A DNA stretch of 64,000 nt from a virus, in the IMG/VR virus record IMGVR_UViG_3300032334_001488, positions 2,502 through 66,501 of that record. One strand, 5' to 3'. Under the pieces are notes generated by a model. It was not told where the DNA came from, searched no databases, and was given only the letters and a program-made list of their open reading frames with translations. The position numbers were made by a program, and so were the translations under genes. Below, piece by piece: positions 33,464 through 43,015 of this stretch. The number at the start of each line of letters is the position of its first letter. Within the stretch, counting starts at the first letter, position 1.

Positions 33464-34348
33464 ATGGGCGGCACACCTAGCTATAGAGCTCCTGAACCTG
33501 ATCCTACAGTTCAGGCGATTAATGCGCATACGTTAAAACGTTTGCAGCATGATGAAGAAATAAAAGATGCTCAAGATCTTGTTGATAAACAAAGAGCAGA
33601 AGCGGTAGTAACTACTGGCAAGGAAGGTTTTAATTCTTTTCTTAGCAATCTAAAAAACAGATATAGTTCTGGTCTTGAAACCACACAAGGAGCTAAAGCG
33701 GCCTACGACAAATACGTTGCAGATTACAACTTAGGCAAGGACTTTTCTGGTGCATCTGAATTTAATAATTTCTACGCAACTACTGCAAACAAGGAAGCAG
33801 GTGACCGCACCTATCTAGCGGGACAAACCTACAGGGATCTTCTGGGGCGCGAGGCAAAAGCTGACGAACTTGAGAAATTTAGTACTAGTGCCACCCATGG
33901 TTTTACCCTTGGGATGCTTGCTGATAGTCTTAAAAATTCAGATGAATACAAGCAAAGCGCAAGTTATTTTGCTAGCCCAGCAGAAGCTGAAGCTTCTTTT
34001 AAATATGGCACGCAAGTCCGTGATGCAGAAGGTAAAAAAACTGGTAAATATTCATTTACATTTGCCCCTAGCGCAAGTCCCACCCTTAACAGCGGTTCTT
34101 TAAGGGCAGGTGGAATTTCTTTTGGTGAATCACCTACTACAGTTACCGGAACGCCAGAGGAAATTGAAGCCGCAAGAAAGAAGGAAGACATGAAAACTAC
34201 CTTTTTGTACAACGCAGGGCTTGCCAACCTTCAAGGTCAAATTGATAAAGAAACAACCAAACTTAAAAATGCTGGCGCCAAAGAAGTTGCACAAGTTCAA
34301 GGACAAGGTCAATTACTTTCAAACTTAACTTCAGGATTCTGGGGATAA
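33464..34348 (+). CDS. Putative virion protein with a DUF4214/phycobilisome-linker-like segment
   Basis: YRDLLGREAKADEL..F.........LADSLKNSDEY. Confidence 0.55.
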   Translation: MGGTPSYRAPEPDPTVQAINAHTLKRLQHDEEIKDAQDLVDKQRAEAVVTTGKEGFNSFLSNLKNRYSSGLETTQGAKAAYDKYVADYNLGKDFSGASEFNNFYATTANKEAGDRTYLAGQTYRDLLGREAKADELEKFSTSATHGFTLGMLADSLKNSDEYKQSASYFASPAEAEASFKYGTQVRDAEGKKTGKYSFTFAPSASPTLNSGSLRAGGISFGESPTTVTGTPEEIEAARKKEDMKTTFLYNAGLANLQGQIDKETTKLKNAGAKEVAQVQGQGQLLSNLTSGFWG

Positions 34349-34395
34349 GTACGGATTTAGGTTTGCTATGATTTAAACAGTTAACCAAGATTGAC

Positions 34396-34683
34396 ATGGC
34401 TTTACCCGATATTTCAGCCAATGAATATTACAGGAAGGCTCTAGCAGATAGCCAAAGTGCTGACGCAGATACTAAATCTAGTGGTCAAGCTGCACTTGAA
34501 GATATTTACAAGCAACGTTACCAGCAAGAGTATGGTGGCATGGGTGCCGCTGCCCTTGGCGACTTTAAAACTCTTCTTGGTCGCTTGGAAGGCTCCAAGA
34601 TTCGTCAACAGCAAGCCAAAGATATCTCGGCCCGTCCCAACATCTATGCTGGCGGCCTCGCTAACATGATGGCTAACTTCTGA
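34396..34683 (+). CDS. Hypothetical protein
   Basis: TATGAT -10; protein-like. Confidence 0.6.
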   Translation: MALPDISANEYYRKALADSQSADADTKSSGQAALEDIYKQRYQQEYGGMGAAALGDFKTLLGRLEGSKIRQQQAKDISARPNIYAGGLANMMANF

Positions 34684-34709
34684 TTTATTTATTGCTTAGG
34701 TAAAAGAAA

Positions 34710-34997
34710 ATGGCCGCTGATCTTAGTTATCAAAATGATCCCCGCTGGGGAAGTTTTACGGACGAAGAAAAATCGGCTTATGATAAAGAACGCCTTAAGC
34801 AGGACTACAATCCAACGCTTACGGAAGATCAACTTAAAGCATACAAGGATACTGCCGCAGTAACATACGAATATAAAAAGAAGCAGCTTGAAGACACTCG
34901 TGCCCAGCAGGAAGCTCTTAACACCCAGAAGCAGCAGTTCAGTCAGCAAGACGAAGATCGAGACTACCGACAGGCCAACCAGGCTTATCGATATTGA
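34710..34997 (+). CDS. Hypothetical coiled-coil protein
   Basis: Q/K/E-rich. Confidence 0.6.
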   Translation: MAADLSYQNDPRWGSFTDEEKSAYDKERLKQDYNPTLTEDQLKAYKDTAAVTYEYKKKQLEDTRAQQEALNTQKQQFSQQDEDRDYRQANQAYRY

Positions 34998-35484
34998 GCT
35001 GTTTGACTCCTGGACGGACAACCTGGATTCGTCTACCCAAGAGTCATTCTATTCTTTTGCTGAAGAAAGTTATTCTGTAATTGAATGCTACCTCTACGCC
35101 CGTTTCCTTGGGTATAGAGGTAGTATTGTTGCGTGTGAAGAATGGATTAAAGATCGATATACAAAGCCAGATTATCGCAAGGTGCTGGCAAGTGAAATCG
35201 ATGAAATGCAGGAAGACATTCGCAAGCTACGAGACGCAGTTGAAGAAAATACTGTAAAGCGTGACGCAGGTGTTGCACGTATTGCTCAGATGCAAAAAGA
35301 ATTGCGTGGCACAATTGCTCAGATGGAAGAGTTTACTTCCGCCAAGGATCGCAAAGGCTTGTTAATGGCTGGTGCAGATAGGGCCATTCGTGAGATTATG
35401 TTTATTTTTAAAGATGATCCAATCGAATTGCCGCTGCATGAGGCCACAATGAGTGTGTGGGCACGCATGCAATTAGAAGAATAA
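34888..35484 (+). CDS. Helical protein, candidate terminase small subunit (start uncertain)
   Basis: Helical N-domain plus coiled coil, upstream of terL. Confidence 0.35.
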   Translation: MKTLVPSRKLLTPRSSSSVSKTKIETTDRPTRLIDIELFDSWTDNLDSSTQESFYSFAEESYSVIECYLYARFLGYRGSIVACEEWIKDRYTKPDYRKVLASEIDEMQEDIRKLRDAVEENTVKRDAGVARIAQMQKELRGTIAQMEEFTSAKDRKGLLMAGADRAIREIMFIFKDDPIELPLHEATMSVWARMQLEE

Positions 35485-35515
35485 TGTTCTAATATAGATA
35501 CAAAGCATAAAGTAC

Positions 35516-35680
35516 ATGGCTTTTCCTATTCCCCCCAAGGGCCAACCTCCCGCCGGCAAAGGTGCAGTTCCTCCTGGTAAAGGCCAGCCTCCTTCTGGCA
35601 AGGGTAAGCCAGTTCCCCCTACCAAAGGCAAGCCCGTACCTCCGGCCAAGGGTAAGCCCGTCCCTCCTAAAAAGAAGTAA
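35516..35680 (+). CDS. 54-aa Pro/Lys/Gly repeat peptide
   Basis: MAFPIPPKGQPPAGKGAVPPGKGQPPSGKGKPVPPTKGKPVPPAKGKPVPPKKK; synonymous divergence between repeats. Confidence 0.7.
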   Translation: MAFPIPPKGQPPAGKGAVPPGKGQPPSGKGKPVPPTKGKPVPPAKGKPVPPKKK

Positions 35681-35683
35681 GAA

Positions 35684-36136
35684 ATGGGCGCCACAGCACC
35701 ACAGCCTTCTGGTAAAGGAACCAATACCTCTTCTGGTTTTTACCAGAATGCGATGCAAAATGCAAAGCAACAGGTAGCAAACGTTGATCAAACCCAGCAA
35801 GCGCAATCGCAACCTGGTCAACCCCCCAATGCTCCTGGTGGGGCAAACAGTGATTCGCTTGCTGCATACAACAATTACATGGCAAAAGTTGGTCCTCAAA
35901 ACAACCAGCCTTTCCAAAGAAGCACATCTGATTCTGCGCCCCCTCCTAACTACAGCGCAATCTTTGGAGGCGACTGGAATACACGGGCCCCTGGAGCACC
36001 TACTCCGCAATCACCCGGAAATGCCACGCAGCCCCCTGGAAACCCGCCGCCTACCCAACAGCGCATACGTCCTGGTCAAAAGCCTCCACAGGGCATTACA
36101 ATGGGCGCTGGACGCGCTAGCCGCTCCTTTGAGTAA
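35684..36136 (+). CDS. Pro/Gln-rich disordered protein
   Basis: Low-complexity ORF coupled to its neighbours. Confidence 0.55.
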   Translation: MGATAPQPSGKGTNTSSGFYQNAMQNAKQQVANVDQTQQAQSQPGQPPNAPGGANSDSLAAYNNYMAKVGPQNNQPFQRSTSDSAPPPNYSAIFGGDWNTRAPGAPTPQSPGNATQPPGNPPPTQQRIRPGQKPPQGITMGAGRASRSFE

Positions 36137-36288
36137 TGGCTATTTCTAAGATGCCGCCAGAGCTGCTTTCTCATTTTAAAAAGAAAGAAGCAAAGAACGA
36201 AGACGGTAGTGATATGGATGACAAGCAAAAGCGCAGGGCTGCCCTGGAAAAAGCACGCCAATATAAAGAACAGAAAGCCAAGAAGTAG
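36136..36288 (+). CDS. Small basic protein (50 aa)
   Basis: MAISKMPPELLSHFKKKEAK...; start overlaps the previous stop. Confidence 0.6.
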   Translation: MAISKMPPELLSHFKKKEAKNEDGSDMDDKQKRRAALEKARQYKEQKAKK

Positions 36289-36320
36289 GGTAGTATTTAG
36301 GTAGTAACTACAACTACCAG

Positions 36321-37847
36321 ATGCCTTCCTACTTACATCTTGCTTATCGTAGGAATGCGCGTGCAGTTGCAAAAAATCATCAAATTAAAGAAGTTAGAAA
36401 TATTGAGCAAATTCAAAAGGCTCGTGATGACTTTGGCTACTTTTGTGACTACGTAGCTGATAAGCCTCCCGCTGAGCACCATAAAGATTGGCATAAACAT
36501 TTTGTAACAAATACTGATAGTGCTTGCCTTACAAAAATTGGTGGTCCCAATATTGATCTACTTGCTCCACGAGGATCAGCAAAGTCCACAATCTTAGGTT
36601 TGTTTACCGCCTGGGCCATTGGTGTACACACCACCGCTAAGAAGCCTCTTCAGATTCTGTACCTTTCGTACACCGTAGATATTGCTCGTTCTAAGTCGGC
36701 AACCATTAAACGCATCATCGAAAGTAAACGCTATCAAGAAGTATTCCCAACGGTACGACTTCTAAAAAACGTAACCAGTAATGAGTATTGGTCAATTGAT
36801 CATCGCTTTGCAGGGATTGATACCACTGGTGATGAACAATTTACCTTATGTGCTGCAGGCCTCAAGGGTTCAGTGACTTCCAAGCGTTCACACCTAGTCT
36901 GTATCGATGACCCTATTAAATCTGCGGCGGACATTAGTAATCCTGACATCCGCAAAACCATGCAGGATAACTGGAACGCAGTGATTGCTCCCACCATGTT
37001 TGAAGGTGCGCGGGCTATCTGCCTTGGTACCAGATTCAGGCATGATGATATTCACGCAACAACCTTCAATGAACAAAACAATTGGACCCAAATCGTCCTT
37101 TCTGCAATTCAAAATGATCCAAAAACAGGAGAAGAGATTTCTTACTGGCCGTCCCAGTGGTCGCTAGATTACCTAAAAGAAAAGAAACGGCAAGCACCTA
37201 TTGCTTTTTCGTTTCAGTACATGAATCAAATTGTCAGACAAAATGAATTATCACTGGCGCCAGAACTTATTGTCAAGGCAGAAATTGCAACAGAGTTTGA
37301 TGCCCTGGGAATTGGCGTTGACCTGTCTGCGGGTATTAAGGAAAAGAATGATTACACAGTATTTGTCCTTGGTGGGCGAATAGGTGATGTCATTCATATC
37401 ATTGATTACAGGCGTATTCGTGTCATGGGTAACTTGGAAAAACTAGACGCCCTAAAAGAACTTCTCAATGATTGGTCTATTATTGGCCAAGATATGAACG
37501 GTAATTATTTTCCAACCTACTCCACATGTGACATCTGGTCTGAAGCGGTACAATATCAGGCCTCACTGGAAGCAGACTTTAAACGCGTCTGTCTTAATAA
37601 CGAAAGTCTCTACAACTTGATTTGGCACCCAGTGAAAGGGTTCCGTGCAGACAAGCTTGCGCGATTCCGTGGCATCATAGGCATGTTTGAAGACAGAAAA
37701 ATTATCTTCAACCGGTTTAGGAACTTCACTAATCTCTTCGAGGAACTCACAAACTTCGGAGTAAGTGGGCATGATGACACTGTCGATGCTCTCGTTTGGT
37801 TGGTTACCGGATTGGCAAGGAAAGGAGACCTTCACCTTGATTACTAA
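36321..37847 (+). CDS. terL: Terminase large subunit
   Basis: Walker A APRGSAKST, Walker B VCIDD, GTRF coupling motif, RNase H-like GVD...HDDTVDA. Confidence 0.95.
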   Translation: MPSYLHLAYRRNARAVAKNHQIKEVRNIEQIQKARDDFGYFCDYVADKPPAEHHKDWHKHFVTNTDSACLTKIGGPNIDLLAPRGSAKSTILGLFTAWAIGVHTTAKKPLQILYLSYTVDIARSKSATIKRIIESKRYQEVFPTVRLLKNVTSNEYWSIDHRFAGIDTTGDEQFTLCAAGLKGSVTSKRSHLVCIDDPIKSAADISNPDIRKTMQDNWNAVIAPTMFEGARAICLGTRFRHDDIHATTFNEQNNWTQIVLSAIQNDPKTGEEISYWPSQWSLDYLKEKKRQAPIAFSFQYMNQIVRQNELSLAPELIVKAEIATEFDALGIGVDLSAGIKEKNDYTVFVLGGRIGDVIHIIDYRRIRVMGNLEKLDALKELLNDWSIIGQDMNGNYFPTYSTCDIWSEAVQYQASLEADFKRVCLNNESLYNLIWHPVKGFRADKLARFRGIIGMFEDRKIIFNRFRNFTNLFEELTNFGVSGHDDTVDALVWLVTGLARKGDLHLDY

Positions 37848-37881
37848 ATAGTACAATATAAGAAAATAAAAGCAACCTACC

Positions 37882-38112
37882 TTGGCTCCCTTTAATAACG
37901 CTGGTTTTTTTGGGAGATCCCAAGACCGCTTTCAGGCGCTATACGAACGCATCTTGGAAAACGAAAAAAGGATTGATTTTCTCCAGGAGCAGATTAATCG
38001 AATGCCACTGGAGTACGTTTTAAAAGTTGACTTTCTCCGTGAGCTACAACAGATGCAAGATAATTTTAAGCAGATCAACATGAAACTTGATAAACTAATC
38101 GAAAGACTTTGA
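37882..38112 (+). CDS. Coiled-coil protein
   Basis: YVLK.DF.RE...KLDKL pattern; TTG start. Confidence 0.5.
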   Translation: MAPFNNAGFFGRSQDRFQALYERILENEKRIDFLQEQINRMPLEYVLKVDFLRELQQMQDNFKQINMKLDKLIERL

Positions 38113-38116
38113 GCAC

Positions 38117-38299
38117 ATGAGCTACATCCTGGAAGTACAAGAAGACAAGAATGGTGAGAAATTTCTCATATTTCCAGACGACATCATAGAAGATCTTGGT
38201 TGGCAAGAAGGTGATATCCTGGAATGGAAGCTAAAAGGTAACGGAATTGTCTTAAGCAAACTTAACGACAGTGCCGGTTACGAGGTTATAGAAGAGTAA
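38117..38299 (+). CDS. AbrB/MazE/SpoVT-like DNA-binding protein
   Basis: G...L.FP.DI...LGW.EGD.LEW......IVLSK. Confidence 0.75.
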   Translation: MSYILEVQEDKNGEKFLIFPDDIIEDLGWQEGDILEWKLKGNGIVLSKLNDSAGYEVIEE

Positions 38300-38324
38300 A
38301 ATAAAAACAACGAAAAGAATTAAG

Positions 38325-38756
38325 ATGTTTAACAACAGTCTTTACGGGGGATACATGGGAAATGCTGGTGCATTGGCTCAGGGTAATCCTAATTTCTTAG
38401 GAGGAACACGCACTGCAATTCCAGGAGCAATACCTGGTCCCTACCCAGTTCTTCCTGGAGAAGATCCAGAAGCAATTAAGGGTGTGTATGGGCCTCCGGT
38501 TCAAATGCAACCTCCTGTAAATATGCAGCCAAGGCTTCCACTTGCGCAAGGCTTTGGAGATATTGGGAATATGGGCGGTATGCAGCTGGCTAGCGCAAAA
38601 GGTTTTAATTTGTTTGACCCCAGGTCTTGGTTTGGAGGTGCTGAAGAAGTAATGAAAAAAGGAGTAAGAACAGATACTCCAGCCGGAAAAGTAATAGATG
38701 CCAATCAACGTGAAAAACAGATGTATGATCAACTAAAGCAGCAAGGACTGCTGTAG
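38325..38756 (+). CDS. Hypothetical G/P-rich protein
   Basis: TAAAAT -10; protein-like. Confidence 0.55.
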   Translation: MFNNSLYGGYMGNAGALAQGNPNFLGGTRTAIPGAIPGPYPVLPGEDPEAIKGVYGPPVQMQPPVNMQPRLPLAQGFGDIGNMGGMQLASAKGFNLFDPRSWFGGAEEVMKKGVRTDTPAGKVIDANQREKQMYDQLKQQGLL

Positions 38757-38767
38757 CAAATATTGAC

Positions 38768-38914
38768 ATGAAAACAAAAAAACTGGTTAAAAAAGCACTC
38801 AAGACTCCGGAGCTTTATACTCCTGCTGAGGTATTGTTTTTTATGCGTTGGTTAAAACAAAAGAAGCTTAACAAAACTGCTAAGATACAGAAAGATAAAG
38901 GGGTTAGTAGTTAA
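38768..38914 (+). CDS. Small basic protein (48 aa)
   Basis: MKTKKLVKKALKTPELYTPAEV...; stop overlaps the portal start. Confidence 0.5.
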   Translation: MKTKKLVKKALKTPELYTPAEVLFFMRWLKQKKLNKTAKIQKDKGVSS

Positions 38915-41253
38915 TGGCGGTCGATGCAAAAGCTAGATTAAAAGAAATTATTGACGCTACGGTCGAAAAAGATGGGTCGGCGCATGTCGATACCATGGTC
39001 GTTGGGTCGCACTTGGCACAAATGAAGATGTTCGGCATCCGTCAGGGTGTCGAATTTTTTCCTTCCCAAGATAACTTTGGCAATCAACGTAAAGATTTCC
39101 TTGATCGTGTAGTTAAATACAACCAGTTAGATACCAGGCTTGATTCCATTTGGGACTACTTCTTGTGTGATGGAAAAGGCATTTTTTACATTCGCCCTAC
39201 TCAGTCCAACTATCGCCTGTATTATTTTCGTAACCATGAATATCGTAGTTATTACAACGTTGATGGCCAGCTGGATGAAGTCGTAATCATCTACAGTTAT
39301 AAGGTTAAGAAGGGCAATGGCTTTGGTGATAACATTGCGGTAAGCAATATTACAGGTACGCAAACCCTTGGCGCACAGGGAGCCAAGCGTTACATCAGGC
39401 TTTCGATTAAACGCCGCACCATTGAAGAAACGCATTCAGAAGGCGAGATGTCTTTTGATATGCCCAACTATACTGCACTTGGTAAAACAAAGAAATTTGA
39501 TAACACTCTCGGATTTATTCCTTGCGTAGAAATCTTTAATAATCCCAAGGGTTTTTCGACCGAAGGTACGGGTGAATTTGATGCTTTTGCTTCTCACATT
39601 ACTACGCACGATGAACTGGTACGCACCATGCGTAAAAACGTTCAGTTCTTTGGTAATCCAACTCTTCTTTCTTCCAGGCCTAAAACAGACCTTATGGAGT
39701 CAGGTTCAGACTCCGCTGTTCAGCGTCCATCCATTGCAGCAAACTCAGGCTTTGGAAGCCTTGGCGCACTAAGCCGTTCTACATTCAAGGCTGATCCCAT
39801 TGGTCGAAGCAGTGTAGATGGACAGATTCGCGTGCCACGGGTCATTGCAAACCTGGAGCCAAACGATAGGGTTGGCTATATTGTGCCAGATGCTATTACT
39901 GGTGATCAAAACGCATTTGCTCGTACGTATCGAGAAGAAATTCGCACTGCCCTTGGTGGTGTAGATGAACTATCAATTTCCGCTGGCGTAACTGCAACTG
40001 AATACAAATCATTGTTTGGCCGTGTAGCTGCAACATCAAAGAAAAAAGCTATTGCTATTTATACTTATGGGATTGCACGTTGCCTTGAATTAATTATTTT
40101 TCAAGAAGAAAGATTGTTCAGGGCGTCGTTAGCGCATGCCGCAGGTTTTGAGGAACCTGTGGAACCCCCGGAGGATGCACCGCCAGAGGAAAATCAAGCA
40201 TACAAAGAAGCTGTCACTGGGTTTGATGAAAAAGTCAAACAAGTCATGATGGCTTGCATGGAAACCAAGATTGTTCCACCTGGTGTTACGGGACTAATTC
40301 CTGATGGTGACGTAACAGTTCTTTGGCGTTGGACGGGTCCTGTGTATGAGGAATCAACACAAGATGTTTTGAACAACTCTATTGTTGTTAGAAACCTACA
40401 GGAGTTAGGTGTTGATAGCATTGAAGCACTGAAGTTTCTCTTTCCGTCAAAAACGGATGAGGAACGAGCCGCAATGTTAAGCGGTTTCCCGTTCAGGATG
40501 GTAGGCGAATTGCAGAATGCATTTTCTCAATTTGCTCGCCTTGTGGGTGGAATGATGCAGACCCCCCACCCGGAGTCACCGGATCTTCCGATGGCTGCGG
40601 ATCCAAGGCTGGATCTAACACCGTATCTGTATCGAACACTAGAAGCATTACAAAAGGAGATGAGTTATGCAGGACGCTACCGTCCAATCGATCCCACAGA
40701 CGAGCCCAGTGTCGTCAGTAGCTCCAAGCAGCTACGTGATGGCGGCTCCGACTCCGACGCAAGCGGTGGCGGTCCAGGCCCCCAGCTACCAGCAAGCGCC
40801 GGCACCCCAGGCGTATCAGGTGGGTACCAGTTACCCCCAAGCGGTACCTCAGGCGACGCCCAACTACCAATACGCCCCTACTCAGTACGCCCCCCAATCC
40901 CAACCGAACTACTCAGTGCCCTCTCAGGAGGCACCGGTCAGCAACCCATGGGAATCGGCGTTCAACAAGGTGGTCAACCTACTGAGCGCTCCAGTCCAAT
41001 CCCCCTTCCAGGGTCAACAGTCGACTCCGACGACTCAGTACGCCCCGGCCAATTATGGAATGCAGAGCAGCCCCCAAGCTTTGCAACCCTTGGGGATGCA
41101 GACCTCATATCACAGCCAGGCCTCATCGCCCAGCTATTCCCAAACCTCGTCAGCTCCTTCCTTGGAGCAAATCGCGGACCTGGTGGGGATGGGGCAGGAA
41201 AGCCGCCAAGTGATGGACGCGTTCGGAATCGAGGCGCCCGCCGTTCTAAATAA
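38914..41253 (+). CDS. Portal protein with a long low-complexity C-terminal extension
   Basis: Position between terL and scaffold/MCP; N.LGFIP.V...N motif; size. Confidence 0.8.
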   Translation: MAVDAKARLKEIIDATVEKDGSAHVDTMVVGSHLAQMKMFGIRQGVEFFPSQDNFGNQRKDFLDRVVKYNQLDTRLDSIWDYFLCDGKGIFYIRPTQSNYRLYYFRNHEYRSYYNVDGQLDEVVIIYSYKVKKGNGFGDNIAVSNITGTQTLGAQGAKRYIRLSIKRRTIEETHSEGEMSFDMPNYTALGKTKKFDNTLGFIPCVEIFNNPKGFSTEGTGEFDAFASHITTHDELVRTMRKNVQFFGNPTLLSSRPKTDLMESGSDSAVQRPSIAANSGFGSLGALSRSTFKADPIGRSSVDGQIRVPRVIANLEPNDRVGYIVPDAITGDQNAFARTYREEIRTALGGVDELSISAGVTATEYKSLFGRVAATSKKKAIAIYTYGIARCLELIIFQEERLFRASLAHAAGFEEPVEPPEDAPPEENQAYKEAVTGFDEKVKQVMMACMETKIVPPGVTGLIPDGDVTVLWRWTGPVYEESTQDVLNNSIVVRNLQELGVDSIEALKFLFPSKTDEERAAMLSGFPFRMVGELQNAFSQFARLVGGMMQTPHPESPDLPMAADPRLDLTPYLYRTLEALQKEMSYAGRYRPIDPTDEPSVVSSSKQLRDGGSDSDASGGGPGPQLPASAGTPGVSGGYQLPPSGTSGDAQLPIRPYSVRPPIPTELLSALSGGTGQQPMGIGVQQGGQPTERSSPIPLPGSTVDSDDSVRPGQLWNAEQPPSFATLGDADLISQPGLIAQLFPNLVSSFLGANRGPGGDGAGKPPSDGRVRNRGARRSK

Positions 41254-41677
41254 CTACGCCCTTCAACTTGAAGGGATGCTCGATAGTGCTGTTGCCTGGA
41301 GCAATGAGGCACTTGGCACCCTGCAAGGTTATGCCAACTTTGCAGTTAATGAGCACCAGGAGAACCTGGTGTATAACGAGATTCTGACTAATCCCGACAC
41401 CCTTAGCGATTACACGCTGCGGTTCTTCGGTCCGGAAGGTCCCTATCCCGTGTACGAAAGCACTGCAGAACTTGAGCGTCCCGGTTATCCGACTCGGCCT
41501 GCCATGGCTAACGTCGGCAACTTCCCGGCTCCTCCTTCTGCTGATGCTCCCCAACAGCCTGAAAACTTCTGGGGTGGTTTCAACGAAATCATGGCACGTG
41601 ACCCCCAGAATGCCTGGCGCGTTCTGAACCAAGCCCAACCTCAAGTTGTCGCAAACAAATTGTTTGTGATGGAATAA
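40667..41677 (+). CDS. Capsid scaffolding protein (putative)
   Basis: AGGAG RBS; Q/P/A-rich N-terminus and helical C-terminus; immediately upstream of MCP. Confidence 0.7.
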   Translation: MQDATVQSIPQTSPVSSVAPSSYVMAAPTPTQAVAVQAPSYQQAPAPQAYQVGTSYPQAVPQATPNYQYAPTQYAPQSQPNYSVPSQEAPVSNPWESAFNKVVNLLSAPVQSPFQGQQSTPTTQYAPANYGMQSSPQALQPLGMQTSYHSQASSPSYSQTSSAPSLEQIADLVGMGQESRQVMDAFGIEAPAVLNNYALQLEGMLDSAVAWSNEALGTLQGYANFAVNEHQENLVYNEILTNPDTLSDYTLRFFGPEGPYPVYESTAELERPGYPTRPAMANVGNFPAPPSADAPQQPENFWGGFNEIMARDPQNAWRVLNQAQPQVVANKLFVME

Positions 41678-41687
41678 TTGAGGGAAT

Positions 41688-41729
41688 AATTTTAGCAGTT
41701 AATATGTAAAATTATTAGCTGCTAAAATT
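41688..41729. promoter_or_regulatory. Long inverted repeat upstream of the capsid gene, overlapping a TAAAAT -10
   Basis: AATTTTAGCAGTTAAT...ATTAGCTGCTAAAATT. Confidence 0.45.
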
Positions 41730-41808
41730 TACAATAGATAAGACATTTTGATGTCTGAATCTTTCACCTGACAAACTACAGTCCTGCGACACTGGAGGAT
41801 AAAACAAA

Positions 41809-42975
41809 GTGTTTCTTGATAACGATTTTCCTAAGATTCTTGGTGCGGAACTCTATCGTCCCCACCCTGCATACATCGCGGAAATGGCAGTTGAGCCCGT
41901 GGTTGTTCACGACTTCACTCGCCAACCCGGCCAAACCGTTCAGCTAGACCGCTATAAGTTCTGGGGTACTCCTGGTACCAAGGACAGCCGTGAGCGTATT
42001 GCCGACCAAACCATCGGTACCGCTAACAGCCGTAACATCACCAAGGAGAAAGTCCTGGTGGTGCTTAAGGAATACACCGGTCCTGCAGACCCCGGCGATC
42101 CCACCCAGCCTTCGACCTTCAAGATTGCCCGTGAGACCCTGATCACTGCCCAGCGCATGCTGCTGGACACTGGCAACCTCAACATGTTCCACCAGTCTAT
42201 CGGTAGCCTGACGCTGCTTGATGACTATCGTCGTTGGCGCGACCGCGTCTTCATTGACGAACTGGCCAAAGCTGAAGCCAATGGTAAAGCTGACACCACC
42301 CAGGGCGGTTACTACTTTGCTGGCGGTAAGACCAAAGATTCCTCTGGTCGTATCTCCTATACCTCTACTGAATACACTGCTCAAGTTCAGCAGTTCCAAG
42401 TTCGTACCGACCTCCTGAACGTCGTCAAGGACTTGCGTAAGCGTAACGTGCCGACCTATTCCGATGGTCTGTATCGTTGCATCTGCGATCCTACGTTCAT
42501 GATGCACCTGCGTCGTGACTCTGACTTCCGTGAGATCGCTCGTTATGCTGGCAACCCTGGTCAGGGCATGTACATGGGCAACCCCGGTATGCCCAACAAC
42601 GCCAGCTTCTACATGGGTCCCCAAGCCGGCCAAGGTTATTTCCTTGCTGGTGAACCTGTCATGCCTACTGGCGTGCAGTTTGAAGGTGTTAAGTTCTTTG
42701 AGTCGACCAACTTCCCGACCAAGACGATTAGCGCTTCCTTCGATGGTGGTTCCACCTACACTTCCCAAGAAGCAGCCCAAGGTTACTTCTTCGGTCCCCA
42801 GGCAGTTGGCGTCGGTATCGGCGGCCCCAACGCTCAGGTGCTCATCAACAACAACGATGACTTCAGCCGTTTCATCATCCTGATTTGGCAGCTGTACGCT
42901 GGTTTTGAAATCCTCAACAAAGATTTCATTACCGATGCCTTCAGCTTTGTCTCGGATGACGGCGTTATTAAGTAA
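41809..42975 (+). CDS. Major capsid protein (N4-gp56-like, HK97 fold)
   Basis: GGAGG RBS plus GTG; strong C-ending codon bias; PGQTVQLDRY, G..FEGVKFFES, DDFSR...W..Y.GF motifs. Confidence 0.9.
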   Translation: MFLDNDFPKILGAELYRPHPAYIAEMAVEPVVVHDFTRQPGQTVQLDRYKFWGTPGTKDSRERIADQTIGTANSRNITKEKVLVVLKEYTGPADPGDPTQPSTFKIARETLITAQRMLLDTGNLNMFHQSIGSLTLLDDYRRWRDRVFIDELAKAEANGKADTTQGGYYFAGGKTKDSSGRISYTSTEYTAQVQQFQVRTDLLNVVKDLRKRNVPTYSDGLYRCICDPTFMMHLRRDSDFREIARYAGNPGQGMYMGNPGMPNNASFYMGPQAGQGYFLAGEPVMPTGVQFEGVKFFESTNFPTKTISASFDGGSTYTSQEAAQGYFFGPQAVGVGIGGPNAQVLINNNDDFSRFIILIWQLYAGFEILNKDFITDAFSFVSDDGVIK

Positions 42976-43015
42976 CTTAATTAAGTAACTTATACCTCAC
43001 TCTTAGGAGAAATAA

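Noticed and set aside
41944-42780. 278-aa antisense ORF within the capsid gene (also 43142..43564)
   Set aside because: Expected shadow of strong codon bias in highly expressed genes; no RBS and no recognisable domain
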